From Candidatus Thorarchaeota archaeon (GTDB lineage Archaea; Asgardarchaeota; Thorarchaeia; Thorarchaeales; Thorarchaeaceae): DNA of 34,526 nt. Where the stretch lies: NCBI GenBank assembly GCA_016839605.1, contig JAEOTX010000248.1:1-34526 (forward strand). The letters are read 5' to 3'. This document shows positions 33,879-34,526 of this stretch, one piece after another. The stretch's first letter is position 1; each line of letters begins with the position of its first letter. The notes under the pieces are model-generated. The model saw only the letters and a list, made by a program, of their open reading frames with translations, did no database searches and had not been told where the DNA came from. Both the position numbers and the translations under genes were made by a program.

Positions 33879-34063
33879 AGCACTCGCCTCGACAAGGTTA
33901 TAGCTCTCGTGCTCGTAAATGGTATTCATTTAAGTTTGACTGTTGTACCGGAATTGATGATATTTGAGGTAGAAAGTGGTCCAAAAAGAAACACTTATGT
34001 CGAAGGTGCTGCGGCGGGCGCTTCATCCTTAGACATACGCTTCCTCCACGGGAGGTAACAGTA

Positions 34064-34526
34064 TTGGTGCGGGTTATTCCATTCAAAGCATTCAGATATG
34101 ACGAAACGAAAGTTGGAGCAATTGGCAAGGTTGTCACTCCGCCCTATGATATAATCAAGGGAAAGAAAGTTGACGAGCTTCAATCGCTCTCAGAATATAG
34201 CGTTTCTTGGATCATCAAGAACAAACCGGAGGAAGGAGATACTCCTGAGAACAATCAGTATACCAGAGCAAGAGACCTACTAGAGAAGTGGGTCGAGAAT
34301 GGAGTCCTGAAGCAGGATAAAGATGATGCGTTCTATGTTTACGGGCAGAACTTCAGAGTCAATAATCAGGACATGTTCAGATTTGGATTCATTGGCCTCA
34401 TTCGTTTAGAGGACTTTGCCACAGAGGCTCCAAGCAAGGATGCATTCTCTGGGGTACTCCAGCATGAGGAAACCCTTCCAAAAGACATCAAAGACAGGCT
34501 TAGTCTCTGTAGAGCGTGCATGGCGC
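34064..34526 (+). CDS. DUF1015 family protein, 3'-truncated by the window edge (absent from the ORF track)
   Basis: Hand translation from TTG 34064/GTG 34067 (SD GGAGGT): VRVIPFKAFRY...VVTPPYDII...YTRARDLLEKW...FYVYGQ...RFGFIG...HEETLP...DRL; frame open to the window end. Confidence 0.88.
   Translation, partial: MVRVIPFKAFRYDETKVGAIGKVVTPPYDIIKGKKVDELQSLSEYSVSWIIKNKPEEGDTPENNQYTRARDLLEKWVENGVLKQDKDDAFYVYGQNFRVNNQDMFRFGFIGLIRLEDFATEAPSKDAFSGVLQHEETLPKDIKDRLSLCRACMA

Noticed and set aside
34040-34060. ZTP or glycine riboswitch (CCACGGGAG, CGAAGG fragments)
   Set aside because: Other required conserved elements, such as the downstream CCUGGG or CUCUCAGG, are missing.
1-34526. CRISPR arrays, tRNA/rRNA, IS elements, integrases, inteins
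   Set aside because: No spaced repeats, cloverleafs, transposase/integrase motifs or intein termini were seen, and intergenic gaps are all under 300 bp.

Overview
Gene-dense (about 27 CDS) archaeal chromosomal segment, most likely from an Asgard archaeon (Thorarchaeia-like). This is inferred from a TPR-longin protein, a GTPBP1-type GTPase, a TFS/RpoM paralogue and BRE/TATA-like promoters. Left: grpE-dnaK-dnaJ, a sirtuin, citG, a small wHTH regulator, glyoxylate reductase and a nitroreductase. Centre: a ~17 kb proteolytic region with three different C-terminally membrane-anchored subtilases plus tldD/tldE. Right: TPR-longin, GTPBP1-like, two unknown proteins, ogt, a QW-repeat protein, a truncated TFS paralogue and a partial DUF1015 gene. 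The top finding is the 966-aa subtilase (15641-18541). It appears to have the full architecture of eukaryotic site-1 protease (S1P/SKI-1/MBTPS1): prodomain ending in RxxL, S8 domain, GIFT/ABC_transp_aux-like domain, TM helix and polybasic tail. It is divergently transcribed from a candidate PC4/Whirly-fold protein. Other oddities: 17 of 26 stops are TAG, three convergent gene pairs share a CTAG double stop, and there is a long inverted repeat with a possible uORF in the chaperone-operon leader. No rRNA, tRNA, CRISPR or mobile element was seen. All family calls are by eye from motifs, and reference sequences are quoted from memory; no searches were run.
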